The translations under genes and the position numbers were made by a program. A DNA stretch of 53,581 bases from Patescibacteria group bacterium (GTDB lineage Bacteria; Patescibacteriota; Minisyncoccia; UBA6257; 2-01-FULL-56-20): the NCBI GenBank assembly GCA_038063055.1, contig JBBTVY010000004.1, positions 1 through 53,581 of the forward strand, written 5' to 3'. A model generated the notes under the pieces. It was not told the DNA's origin and made no database searches. It saw nothing but the letters and a program-made list of their open reading frames with translations. Shown here in pieces: positions 31,912 to 40,609 of the stretch. Each line of letters opens with the position of its first letter. Within the stretch, counting starts at the first letter, position 1.

Positions 31912-32811
31912 ATGAGACACATTATCGAATCACAGCAATTCGATCGAAAAACCATAGAAAATATTTTTTACCTTGCAGACAGTTTAGAGAAAAAGAAAGA
32001 TTCATCATTGAAAGGGAAAATAATGGCATCGCTTTTTTATGAACCGAGTACCAGAACCCGGTTTTCGTTTGAATCAGCAATGTTGCGACTTGGGGGAGAT
32101 GTTATCACAACTGAAAATGCTAAAGAATTTTCCTCGGCAGCGAAAGGAGAAACATTGGAGGATACAATACGAGTTATCAATAACTATGCCGACGTCATTG
32201 TACTCCGACACTACGAGAAAGGCGCTTCGGAAAGAGCTGCTACGGTGTCCGAAATTCCCATCATTAACGCCGGGGACGGAACTGGCCAACACCCCACACA
32301 GGCCCTCCTTGATATTTACACAATCCGAAAAGAGCTTGGAAAAATCGACGGGATAAAAATCGCTTTTGTGGGTGATCTAAAAAATGGAAGGACGGTGCGA
32401 TCATTGGCCTACTTACTTGGCAAATATCATAATGTGCGAATCTTTTTTATATCGCCGCGAGGGCTCAAAATAAGCAGAGACATAAAAGATTATTTAAACA
32501 GACATGCCATCTCTTATAAAGAGCTAGAGCAATGGGATTCGATCCTAAAAAATATTGATGTTCTTTATCAGACAAGAATTCAAAAGGAGAGATTTAAAAA
32601 TGTTCGAGAATACAAAAAATTCAAGGGGCAGTATATTCTTACGCTTAAAGAGGTCGAGAAAATGAAATCGAATGCGATTATTATGCATCCTCTTCCGCGA
32701 GTGGACGAAATAGCGGTTGAAGTAGATTCTTCGCCCAAAGCGGCCTATTTTAAACAAGCGCGCTACGGACTACTTATAAGAATGGCGCTTCTTAAATTTT
32801 TACTAAAATAA
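31912..32811 (+). CDS. pyrB: aspartate carbamoyltransferase catalytic subunit
   Basis: I start it at ATG 31912 (MRHIIESQQF). FYEPSTRTRFSFE, HPTQALLD and MHPLPR are present. Confidence 0.93.
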   Translation: MRHIIESQQFDRKTIENIFYLADSLEKKKDSSLKGKIMASLFYEPSTRTRFSFESAMLRLGGDVITTENAKEFSSAAKGETLEDTIRVINNYADVIVLRHYEKGASERAATVSEIPIINAGDGTGQHPTQALLDIYTIRKELGKIDGIKIAFVGDLKNGRTVRSLAYLLGKYHNVRIFFISPRGLKISRDIKDYLNRHAISYKELEQWDSILKNIDVLYQTRIQKERFKNVREYKKFKGQYILTLKEVEKMKSNAIIMHPLPRVDEIAVEVDSSPKAAYFKQARYGLLIRMALLKFLLK

Positions 32812-32937
32812 ACGAGCGACATACAGGCCTCGAATGATTCACTGCCAAGAACGTTGCAACGACTTGCCAGAACCGGTTATAAACCCACGCACTCCGCCAG
32901 TTTTGATTGTCAATTATTCGTATAAATTTCGGCGCGG

Positions 32938-33321
32938 CTACCAATAAATCCAAATGCCGTAAGAACGCAGAAACGGGCCTCCAAAATATGAAGCAGCGTT
33001 GCCGCAGAAAGACGCGACAAACGCGGTTCTCCAGCTTATTTTAAGAAAAAGCCGGTAGAAAATCGCTTCGACGGCGAAAGCAAACAACTCGCTAAATACC
33101 AGAGACGCATCCGGAGACCAATTGTAAGCGTAGGGGAAGACGAACCAGACGTACGGAATGGTTGCAAAAGAAGCGAATAACCCCGCGAATATTATCGATT
33201 TATAATCCAGCGCCGGTTTTTTCCAAATAAACTTAAAAATCAGTAATAAAATTGCCGTTTCGACCACAGCCGTAAAAACAAGCGAAGTTATAAATCTATG
33301 TATCAAAAATATTGTTATCAT
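32938..33321 (-). CDS. small 4-TM membrane protein, hypothetical
   Basis: The 127-aa product has four hydrophobic helices. I recognised no motif. Confidence 0.55.
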   Translation of the reverse strand: MITIFLIHRFITSLVFTAVVETAILLLIFKFIWKKPALDYKSIIFAGLFASFATIPYVWFVFPYAYNWSPDASLVFSELFAFAVEAIFYRLFLKISWRTAFVASFCGNAASYFGGPFLRSYGIWIYW

Positions 33322-33446
33322 TATTTTAAGCGGATTATAAAAATTATAACCCGTACAACAAAAAGATAAACCATATAATTTTTTTTATGCCTGAGCAGGG
33401 ATAATTTGCTTAGAAGAGAAAATCGTTTACAATTCTTTTGCCGGAT

Positions 33447-33518
33447 GCCGGAGTAGCTCAATGGCAGAGCAATGCTTTCGTAAAGCAGAGGTTGGAGGTT
33501 CGACTCCTCTCTCCGGCT
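33447..33518 (+). tRNA. tRNA-Thr(CGT)
   Basis: Manual cloverleaf: GCCGGAG/CTCCGGC, anticodon loop TTCGTAA, T-loop TTCGACT. Confidence 0.85.
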
Positions 33519-33528
33519 CATAACGCTT

Positions 33529-34155
33529 TTAGGTTGTTGCATCCAATTTATTCTTTGGCAACGTTCTTTTTTTGAAATATCGTATCGCTGAATAAGCGAT
33601 TATTAGAGCAGTGTAGTTTACGACTATGAACAGGGGATTTGCCCAAGCATATCCCTGGAACTTCCATCCTGCGATTGGCCAAAAAACGGGAGTCGGGTAA
33701 AACGCGTAGGAATGCGTCGGAACGTCGAGAGCTATATGGAGGAACCACCCGCCCATTTCCCAGGGAATTCGATTTTTTTTAAGGAAAAATTTTCTGAAAA
33801 TAATTACAAGCGCTATAACGACGAAGAAAACGACCATGCTGTGCGAAATGTTGTAAAGCGACGCGGTCAGATAAGAAATCGATGATTCGGCCTGTCGCGT
33901 GTCGCCGTTGCCAAAAAGAAGTTTCCTTTCAGGTTCGTCTCCTGTCGGCGGATGTATATCCGAAAAGTTAACGTTGCCCGAAAGCAGATTCCCAAAAAGC
34001 CAGACGAATGGAATTGTGAAGGCGAATAAATCCGGGAAAACGCCCCAAAAAGCCGTCAGCCAGACGTTAAGCTTCCTTTTAGATTCTTTACCCTGAGCTT
34101 GTCGAAGGGCTTTTGCTGCCGCTCCGGCCCAAAGACCATGTGAAAGAATGTCCAT
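33529..34155 (-). CDS. membrane-bound metal-dependent hydrolase (YdjM/DUF457-like)
   Basis: It has MDILSHGLWA at the N-terminus, His-rich loops and 4-5 TM helices. It carries an in-frame family-A repeat (ALRQAQGK). Confidence 0.7.
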   Translation of the reverse strand: MDILSHGLWAGAAAKALRQAQGKESKRKLNVWLTAFWGVFPDLFAFTIPFVWLFGNLLSGNVNFSDIHPPTGDEPERKLLFGNGDTRQAESSISYLTASLYNISHSMVVFFVVIALVIIFRKFFLKKNRIPWEMGGWFLHIALDVPTHSYAFYPTPVFWPIAGWKFQGYAWANPLFIVVNYTALIIAYSAIRYFKKRTLPKNKLDATT

Positions 34156-34197
34156 TATATCTAGTCTTGCGTAATTTTCTCGGTGCCCCGCACAAAG

Positions 34198-34271
<74 letters not shown>

Positions 34272-34407
34272 ACTTTGTGCGGGATTGCGATTTGTGCATA
34301 AAAATTCTACGCGAGCTTGAATTTTTAGACAAATCGGAAATAAACTTACGCTCTACTGCCACTGCCTGTCCGCCTCTGGCGGAAGCTAATCGCGCTCTTA
34401 CGTTATC

Positions 34408-35194
34408 TTAACGGAATTCAATTACAAGCGGCAAGTGGTCGGAAATTTCGATATCCGGCGCGCTAAACCCTAAAACTTCAATTTCCGGGGAAACGAAAGT
34501 ATAATCGGAAAATTTTAATTCTCTCGGAGTCCCGTGCCACGGCGAAATTTTGCTTCGCGTTGTCGAGACGCCATATTTTTTTATAAGATTCACGAATTTA
34601 TCTTCAAACATGATGATACTTTGAGTTTGAGGAAATACGTTGAAATCGCCGCAAATTATGACAGGGCCGTTTTCTTTAGTGGCGAATTCTTTTATTAATC
34701 GCGACTGTTCCAGTCGTTCTGGCGTGTCAAGCTTGTCATCGGGGCGAAAAGTCAGGCCGTGCACGTTTATAACGGCAATTACATTGTTTTTATAAGGTAT
34801 TCTTAAATAGCCGAAATTGCTGGGATAGAATTTATTTTCTGCCGGATAAATATCCTTCTTCCCAGAACTTATCGGTATTTCTCCCGACGAGACGATTGGA
34901 ATCTGTTTTTTGACAAACTCCGCCTGACCAGTTTCCAGTTCAAAATCGACAGGACCTTCGACATCAAAGCCGTTGCTGACAGGATGGAAGACGCTATTGA
35001 AATCAGGCAATGCATTTGTTATTTCGTCGAGAATGTTAATTCTGGTTTTTTCGGCTGGTTTCAATGTCTTTTCTAGACGACCTGAAAACTTCCTGAAAAC
35101 AAAAAATGTCCGTGGAATCGGCTTGTCCGCGGACAAATTTCATAAGCGGTTCGTATACTCTCCCACCCCAGACATTTAGGCAAATAAGTTTCAT
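34408..35194 (-). pseudogene. endonuclease/exonuclease/phosphatase (EEP)-family gene interrupted by a +1 frameshift
   Basis: The N-terminal 37 aa (MKLICLNVWGGRVYEPLMKFVRGQADSTDIFCFQEVF, from ATG 35194) are in one frame. The rest (..VINVHGL..IICGDFNV..ISDHLPLVIEF) is in the +1 frame. The junction lies near the T6/T4 runs at 35084-35107. Confidence 0.75.
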
Positions 35195-35309
35195 TATGAA
35201 AACAAAGTTGATTTTAATCTATTTTCGCGATAATTTAAAGATACACTTTGGTTCGTTTGTGTGAATTTAAGCGGGCTTGCCCGCCATAGTTCGCACAGGT
35301 GAGCGAAGG

Positions 35310-35380
35310 CGGGCTGTCGTATACCGGTAGTACGCATACTTTGGGAGTATGTAGACTGGGTTCAATTCCCAGCAGCCCGA
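35310..35380 (+). tRNA. tRNA-Pro(TGG)
   Basis: Manual cloverleaf: CGGGCTG/CAGCCCG (C1:G72), anticodon loop TTTGGGA. Confidence 0.9.
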
Positions 35381-35446
35381 CACGAATTTTCCCCAAGAGC
35401 GCAGCGATTGGTCGGAAAATTCAGTGCCCCGCCATCGGCGGGGCGA
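35381..35446 (+). repeat. conserved two-hairpin trailer module, copy A (after tRNA-Pro(TGG))
   Basis: It contains gaattttcc..ggaaaattc and gccccgcc-atc-ggcggggc hairpins. It is nearly identical to 46589-46654 on the opposite strand, after tRNA-Pro(GGG). Confidence 0.7.
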
Positions 35447-35458
35447 TATCCGAAGTAT

Positions 35459-35530
35459 GCCCTCGTAGCTTAATGGACAAAGCAGGACTCTTCTAAGGTC
35501 TTGATGGGGGTTCGATTCCCTCCGAGGGTA
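35459..35530 (+). tRNA. tRNA-Arg(TCT)
   Basis: Manual cloverleaf: GCCCTCG/CGAGGGT, anticodon loop CTTCTAA. Confidence 0.88.
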
Positions 35531-35604
35531 CGTTACGAATTCCTACACCCGCAACTGCGAGGCTGTCGTGGTATAATTTTGGGGGAAGAAAATTTTTTAA
35601 TCCT

Positions 35605-36342
35605 ATGAACCAAAGAGGTTTTGTAAATATAGTTTTGATTTTGATAGGCGTCATTATTATTGTAGGTGGAATTGGCTATTTTGTTTTGCGAAACAATCAA
35701 ACTTTGCCTACTACGCGAGGACCAGAGCAAGCTCCCTCCCCGACAAATACAATCACTCAACCAACATCTACTCCGCCTCAAGGGCAAATCCCTCAAAATC
35801 AAAACATGAGCATTTATCAAAATGTGACATATGGTTTTCGTGTTGAATACCCAAAAACTTGGGAAGCGATTGAAGCGACGATAAAAGGAGTGCCAAAGCA
35901 ATCGACGTGGGCGGGCAACGTTCTCCAAGGAGATGAACTGCATAAAGTCACTTTTTTGGAAAAAGAATATGGGGTTTGGCAGGCTGATTTTGCCGTAAGA
36001 GTTTTGCCCAACTCCGAAAATCTTTCCATAAAACAATGGCGAGAAGCACAACTCCAAAAAAGTGATGCTGAACAAGTGCAATGCAGAAAAGAAAATCCGG
36101 AATCTCCCTGTCTCTCTGCTCGCGACCTGCAACGAGGCGAGGAACAAATCACCTTTAACGGACTTACCGCATATAAAATTAGTATCTTTGGCTTTGATCA
36201 TACTCGTGAGTGCATTCAAGTGATTAAAAATAAATTTGTTTACGACCTATGTTATGATGGTGCCAACCCAAATGATCCTGATTTTGATAAACATCGAGAA
36301 ATAACAACTGACATACTTGCTTCATTTAAATTTTTGAATTAA
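35605..36342 (+). CDS. anchored secreted hypothetical protein
   Basis: An N-terminal TM (FVNIVLILIGVIIIVGGIGYF) and a P/T/Q-rich linker precede a globular domain. The overlapping antisense ORF was rejected. Confidence 0.65.
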   Translation: MNQRGFVNIVLILIGVIIIVGGIGYFVLRNNQTLPTTRGPEQAPSPTNTITQPTSTPPQGQIPQNQNMSIYQNVTYGFRVEYPKTWEAIEATIKGVPKQSTWAGNVLQGDELHKVTFLEKEYGVWQADFAVRVLPNSENLSIKQWREAQLQKSDAEQVQCRKENPESPCLSARDLQRGEEQITFNGLTAYKISIFGFDHTRECIQVIKNKFVYDLCYDGANPNDPDFDKHREITTDILASFKFLN

Positions 36343-36392
36343 GAACTTGTCGCCAAAGAAAAATTTGTCTGCTTTACCGAGGTAGCAATATT

Positions 36393-37205
36393 TTATTTTT
36401 CCCCGTTGAGCGTATAAAAATTCTCGAACAGCTTTGCCACTAAAATAGGCCCTGTTCCGCCAGGTGTCGGAGTGTAAAAAGACAATTTGGATAAATCTCC
36501 GGAAGCGTCCAAATCACTGGATATTTTTCCGTTTTGGATGGAATAGCCGAAATCAATAACGCTGGCTCCGGTTTTCAGCATTTCCGGTTTGATGAGCCAC
36601 GCTTTGCCGACTCCGGAAATAACGATATCCGCGTTTTTGATAACCGACAGGTCGTTGAACTTGTCCAGAAGTATTATTTCTTTTGCCTTGTCCATAAGCC
36701 AGACGCTTACAGGTTTACCTATAAGGAAACCGAGGCCAACCACGGCGACGCTTAAAGTTGAAAGTTCAAGGTCTAAAGTTGAAAGGATTTTTTCAACCGT
36801 TCCGACGGCCGGAGGAAGAACCGGATTCCGCCACGTATAAAAAGCTCCGAGCGCGCGTTCGCCGAGCACATCAACGTCTTTTTCGCGCGGAATGACGTTA
36901 AGAATATAGTGCTTATTTATCTGTTCCGGAAGGGGAAGCTGGACGATGACACCGCCGCAGGTTTTGTGTTCCGCGATTTTACGCACTTCTTCGCGGAGTT
37001 CATCGTTATTCAATCCTTCCGTGAAATTATAAAGCCGGAAATCGACGCCGAGCTCTTTTGCGGTTTTTTCTTTCTGTTTTATGAAATTCGCCGAAATCTC
37101 GTCGTTGCCGATAAGAACGGCAGCCATGAATTTTTCCGGTTTCGGTCGTGATTTTAAATCCTCAATAATTTCCTGCGCGATTTTTCTCCCGTTGATGATA
37201 GTCAT
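36393..37205 (-). CDS. folD: bifunctional methylene-THF dehydrogenase / methenyl-THF cyclohydrolase
   Basis: It has the FolD N-terminus MTIINGRKIAQEI, then VQLPLP, VVGLGFLIGKP and TPTPGGTGP. Confidence 0.93.
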   Translation of the reverse strand: MTIINGRKIAQEIIEDLKSRPKPEKFMAAVLIGNDEISANFIKQKEKTAKELGVDFRLYNFTEGLNNDELREEVRKIAEHKTCGGVIVQLPLPEQINKHYILNVIPREKDVDVLGERALGAFYTWRNPVLPPAVGTVEKILSTLDLELSTLSVAVVGLGFLIGKPVSVWLMDKAKEIILLDKFNDLSVIKNADIVISGVGKAWLIKPEMLKTGASVIDFGYSIQNGKISSDLDASGDLSKLSFYTPTPGGTGPILVAKLFENFYTLNGEK

Positions 37206-37260
37206 TTTTTTAACAATTTTTTATCTTATTCTTTATTTAATTATTTACCCAATTTTCCCA

Positions 37261-37295
37261 TTTCCGATTGTTCCCTTTTTAGATACAATCGGAAA
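37261..37295. repeat. copy 1 of the ATTGTTCCCTTTTTAG(A/C)TACAAT motif, embedded in an 11-bp-stem hairpin
   Basis: tttccgattgt / acaatcggaaa arms flank the loop tccctttttagat. Confidence 0.7.
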
Positions 37296-37380
37296 TGTGT
37301 CCCATTTTGATTATATTTTTCTTGGTTATACTCATGCTTGGTTATATTTCTAATATTGTGTTATTTATCCTTCTCAATAC

Positions 37381-37402
37381 TTGTTCCCTTTTTAGCTACA
37401 AT
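37381..37402. repeat. copy 2 of the 23-nt motif (same orientation as copy 1)
   Basis: The sequence is ttgttccctttttagctacaat. Confidence 0.7.
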
Positions 37403-37421
37403 GCTGATTTTATTGTTTCTT

Positions 37422-37682
37422 TTATGATTTCATTGATTTAATTATGGCCCTGATTTCGTTGTAGAGAGGATGTTTTCGGTTAAGGCGAAAATATTTTTCA
37501 CGGCCGCGCTTGGATGAAATAAAAATACCGTTGGCGGTAAGCGCCTTAAGTTCTCGCGACAGGAAAGACGCGTTAAAAGAAAGAATTCTCGAAAGTTCGC
37601 GCAAGTAATGTTCGGCGCCGGGATTGGCGAAATAATACCCGAGAAGTTTTTGGTCAATTTTTGAGCGAAAATTTATCGGCAT
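37422..37682 (-). CDS. small winged-helix (ArsR/MarR-like) DNA-binding protein
   Basis: The 86-aa product has HYLRELSRILSFNASFLSRELKALTANGIF..KYFRLN, an HTH plus wing. Confidence 0.65.
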   Translation of the reverse strand: MPINFRSKIDQKLLGYYFANPGAEHYLRELSRILSFNASFLSRELKALTANGIFISSKRGREKYFRLNRKHPLYNEIRAIIKSMKS

Positions 37683-37690
37683 TGATTTAT

Positions 37691-37719
37691 TTTACTTTAA
37701 TTATTTATGGATATATACT
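37691..37719 (+). promoter_or_regulatory. sigma70-like promoter TTTACT-17-TATACT
   Basis: The hexamers and 17-nt spacer were read directly. Confidence 0.5.
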
Positions 37720-37726
37720 CAATATT

Positions 37727-37930
37727 AGCGGCGAGGGCATACTGGTCAAGCTCTCGTGTTCACTCTGGGATAAACAAACAGGCTGCGTGAATTCGCGTCT
37801 GGTAGTTCTGGAGATAATGCTAAGACCCCGCCAAGTAAGCCGCGTGCATACCCTAATTTAGGTATACGCCGGGACATCGCTCCCGATGATCGAAAAGAGC
37901 TTAGCATTTCTCGGCGGCTTTTTTATTTTA
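37727..37930 (+). ncRNA. candidate ~200-nt structured small RNA, class unknown
   Basis: It is bounded by the promoter above and by a cgccggga...tctcggcg stem plus T6. Internal hairpins include gcgt-atacc/ggtat-acgc and catcg/cgatg. There are mutually exclusive pairings aagctct:agagctt and atgctaag:cttagcat. No plus-strand ORF lies downstream. Confidence 0.45.
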
Positions 37931-37954
37931 GTAATTACTTCTACCTCTCTAACG

Positions 37955-37977
37955 ATTGTAGCTAAAAAGGGAACAAT
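37955..37977. repeat. copy 3 of the 23-nt motif, inverted relative to copies 1-2
   Basis: The sequence is attgtagctaaaaagggaacaat. Confidence 0.7.
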
Positions 37978-38037
37978 GTCAAAATAAAGTATTTAATAAT
38001 AATTATCAGGCATCAGAAATCAATCGAACATTAAAAA

Positions 38038-39282
38038 TTAGAACGACGAGGGAATAGGGAAGCGGCGGCATAGCTTTTTGACGCGCGGTTTCATGTTTTT
38101 GCCGTTGACCAGAATCTCTTTCATTATTTCGGCGACCTCTTCCATTTGTTTTTCTTTCATTCCGCGGCTCGCAAGAGTCGGCGTGCCGATGCGGATTCCC
38201 GAAGGGTCAAATGGCGAACGCGTGTCGAATGGAATCGTGTTCCGATTGACGATGACGCCAGATTCCTCAAGGCGGTCCTGGGCTTCGCGTCCGGAAATCC
38301 CAAGGTTTGTAAGGTCTATGAGTATTAAATGATTGTCGGTGCCGCCACTTACTAATTCAAAGCCGCGCTTAATCAATTCGCGCGCCAGCGTTTTCGCGTT
38401 GCGGACAATTTGCCGACCGTATTTTTTGAATGCCGGTTTTGACGCTTCAAAAAGAGCCGCGGCTATGGCGGCCGTCTGGTGGTTATGCGGGCCGCCTTGA
38501 AGGCCGGGGAAAACCGCTTTGTCTATGGCCGAAGCGATATCCAGTTTTTTAAGCTCGGCTATTTTTGATTTTTTATTCGCGAATATCATCGCACCGCGTG
38601 GTCCGCGGAGGGTTTTGTGCGTGGTTGTCATGACAACGTCTGCGTAAGGAAATGGCGACGGATGCGCGCCGGCGGCTATCAATCCGGCGATGTGCGAAAT
38701 ATCGGCAAGGAAATAGGCACCGACTTCATTGGCGATTTTGCCGAATTTTTGGAAATCAAAAGTGCGGGGATAGGCGGTGGCGCCGGCGACTATGATTTGC
38801 GGGCGTTCCTTTTTGGCAAGTTTCCTTACGGCATTGTAATCAATCAGTCCGTCGCGCCCGAGTTCGTATTGAACAGATTTATAAAATCTTGCGGAGAAAT
38901 TTACTTTCCAGCCGTGAGTCAGATGCCCGCCGAACGGTAGACTCATTCCCATTATCTTGTCACCGGGTTTTAAAAGCGCGTAGTAGACGGCCTGATTGGC
39001 GGGGGAGCCGGAATAGGGCTGGACGTTTACATGCCAGTTCTTGCCGAGGCGGAAAACTTTTCTGGCCCGTTCCTGCGCCAGAGTTTCAATTTCATCAATT
39101 ATGGAATTTCCCGCGTAATATCTTTTTCCCGGATAACCCTCGGAATATTTATTTGTCAGTTCCGAGCCGAGCGCTCTTAATACGTCTTTTGAAACTACAT
39201 TTTCGGAAGGTATCAGGTCAAGCGTCTCTTCCTGCCGTTTGATTTCTCTTTTGATTAATTTTTCAAGAATTTTGTCTTTCAT
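38038..39282 (-). CDS. glyA: serine hydroxymethyltransferase
   Basis: It has LIPSENVVS, GYPGKRYY and VMTTTHKTLRGPRG (PLP lysine region). Confidence 0.96.
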   Translation of the reverse strand: MKDKILEKLIKREIKRQEETLDLIPSENVVSKDVLRALGSELTNKYSEGYPGKRYYAGNSIIDEIETLAQERARKVFRLGKNWHVNVQPYSGSPANQAVYYALLKPGDKIMGMSLPFGGHLTHGWKVNFSARFYKSVQYELGRDGLIDYNAVRKLAKKERPQIIVAGATAYPRTFDFQKFGKIANEVGAYFLADISHIAGLIAAGAHPSPFPYADVVMTTTHKTLRGPRGAMIFANKKSKIAELKKLDIASAIDKAVFPGLQGGPHNHQTAAIAAALFEASKPAFKKYGRQIVRNAKTLARELIKRGFELVSGGTDNHLILIDLTNLGISGREAQDRLEESGVIVNRNTIPFDTRSPFDPSGIRIGTPTLASRGMKEKQMEEVAEIMKEILVNGKNMKPRVKKLCRRFPIPSSF

Positions 39283-39863
39283 ATGTTGGGAATTATGTAA
39301 TCAGCATAACTCATAGGATTATGCTTTTCAAAATAATCTTTGTCGTTAAGAGACCATTTATCATCCCAAAATGTATCATGGTCGGCACCCATTCCCTTAT
39401 CCCGTTTTCTTCCTCTTTCTTTAGCAATTTCAGGCTGAACGTTCACCCATATTTTATAGTCAAAAAATTTATTTAGTTTTTCTTGAATTAATCCTACACC
39501 TTCTAAGATTACATATTTTGAAACCTTAATTTTATTTTTTCTTCCAAGCTTATTATTTCCCCAATCGTAAATATCATATTCTATATTTTTTTCGCCGTTA
39601 CGAATCGGCTCTAAAACCTGGCTTATAAGCCTACCCCAGTCAAAACCATCCCAATCCGCAGAACGCTTGGATAATCTATTTAAAATAAAATCATCCAGTT
39701 CTACTAAATTTGAATTTCCAATGGCTTTTGCAAGTTCCAATGCTACTGTACTTTTCCCCGCCCCTCCAAAGCCCGAAATTGCAATTACAAACAACTTTTT
39801 ATTACCGGCTTTTTCCTTGATAGTTTGAGAAAGCTTTTCTATTGAAGCTGCGTTATTAAACAT
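39279..39863 (-). CDS. P-loop nucleoside/nucleotide kinase-like protein (uridine kinase/PRK-like)
   Basis: It has the Walker A GFGGAGKST. I start it at ATG 39863, immediately after the tRNA-His CCA. The stop overlaps the glyA start (ATGA). Confidence 0.7.
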   Translation of the reverse strand: MFNNAASIEKLSQTIKEKAGNKKLFVIAISGFGGAGKSTVALELAKAIGNSNLVELDDFILNRLSKRSADWDGFDWGRLISQVLEPIRNGEKNIEYDIYDWGNNKLGRKNKIKVSKYVILEGVGLIQEKLNKFFDYKIWVNVQPEIAKERGRKRDKGMGADHDTFWDDKWSLNDKDYFEKHNPMSYADYIIPNI

Positions 39864-39938
39864 TGGGGTGCCTATCGGGATTTGAACCCGATCCGAGACT
39901 GCCACAGAGTCTAGTGCTGCCATTACACCATAGGCACC
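39864..39938 (-). tRNA. tRNA-His(GTG) with encoded G-1 and encoded 3' CCA
   Basis: Manual cloverleaf: G-1 + GTGCCTA/TAGGCAC + C73 + CCA, anticodon loop CTGTGGC. Confidence 0.9.
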
Positions 39939-40102
39939 ATTTATAGTGAGCTTCGTAGAACTATTATTTACGCCTTCATTTTAATGATTGTTGCACAAAA
40001 AAGCAAAAAGTATCGATACCAATATACTAATTTACTAATGATACCAATTAGTTGAAATTATTCGTATAATTGGTATTAATTTGTATATTAGCATCGATAT
40101 AA

Positions 40103-40477
40103 ATGATTAATCTATCCGATAAAAAATGCGTTGCGTGTGAGGGCGGAGTTCCGCCGCTCGGCGAAAAAGAGATAGGGGAGTATCTTGGCCAGATTAAGAA
40201 GGGGTGGGAGGTCATAGACCCTTCGACTTCCCTCGACGCGGCTCGGGATAAATCGCTCAGGGCAAGCGGCAAGAAAATCCAGAAAGAATTTAAGTTTAAG
40301 GACTTCAAGGAGGCGATGGAATTCGTCAATAAAGTCGCCGCCGTTGCGGAAGAAGAAAGCCATCACCCGGACATCCATATTTTTTACAATCTTGTCGAAA
40401 TCGAGCTTTGGACGCACGCTATTTGGGGATTGTCGGAAAACGACTTCATTTTGGCCGCAAAGGTTGACAATTTATAG
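40103..40477 (+). CDS. phhB: pterin-4-alpha-carbinolamine dehydratase with an in-frame repeat insertion
   Basis: It has KEFKFKDFKEAMEFVNKVAAVAEEESHHPDI...LWTH. The insertion DPSTSLDAARDKSLRASGKK maps to a family-A repeat. Confidence 0.88.
   Translation: MINLSDKKCVACEGGVPPLGEKEIGEYLGQIKKGWEVIDPSTSLDAARDKSLRASGKKIQKEFKFKDFKEAMEFVNKVAAVAEEESHHPDIHIFYNLVEIELWTHAIWGLSENDFILAAKVDNL
40229..40277. repeat. family-A repeat, in frame in the pterin dehydratase gene
   Basis: The sequence is cccttcgacttccctcgacgcggctcgggataaatcgctcagggcaagc. Confidence 0.75.
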
Positions 40478-40534
40478 ACGGACAGCTTATAATTTGTGCC
40501 ATCGGTTTCAGATTGTTTAGAATGGTTCGACCAG

Positions 40535-40585
40535 GCTCCTTCGACCCTTCGACTACGCTCGGGGCAGGCAAGCTCAGGACAAGTC
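40535..40585. repeat. family-A repeat, intergenic (upstream of infA)
   Basis: The sequence is gctccttcgacccttcgactacgctcggggcaggcaagctcaggacaagtc. Confidence 0.75.
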
Positions 40586-40609
40586 ACCATAAATGAAAAA
40601 TCACTGTTC

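Noticed and set aside
33321-33542. 73-aa minus-strand ORF
   Set aside because: It overlaps tRNA-Thr(CGT) (33447-33518) almost entirely and has no supporting signals.
39864-39923. N-terminal 20 codons of the ORF-track version of the kinase gene (start 39923)
   Set aside because: That stretch is the antisense-free body of tRNA-His on the same strand. The first ATG after the tRNA (39863) gives a normal Walker-A spacing.
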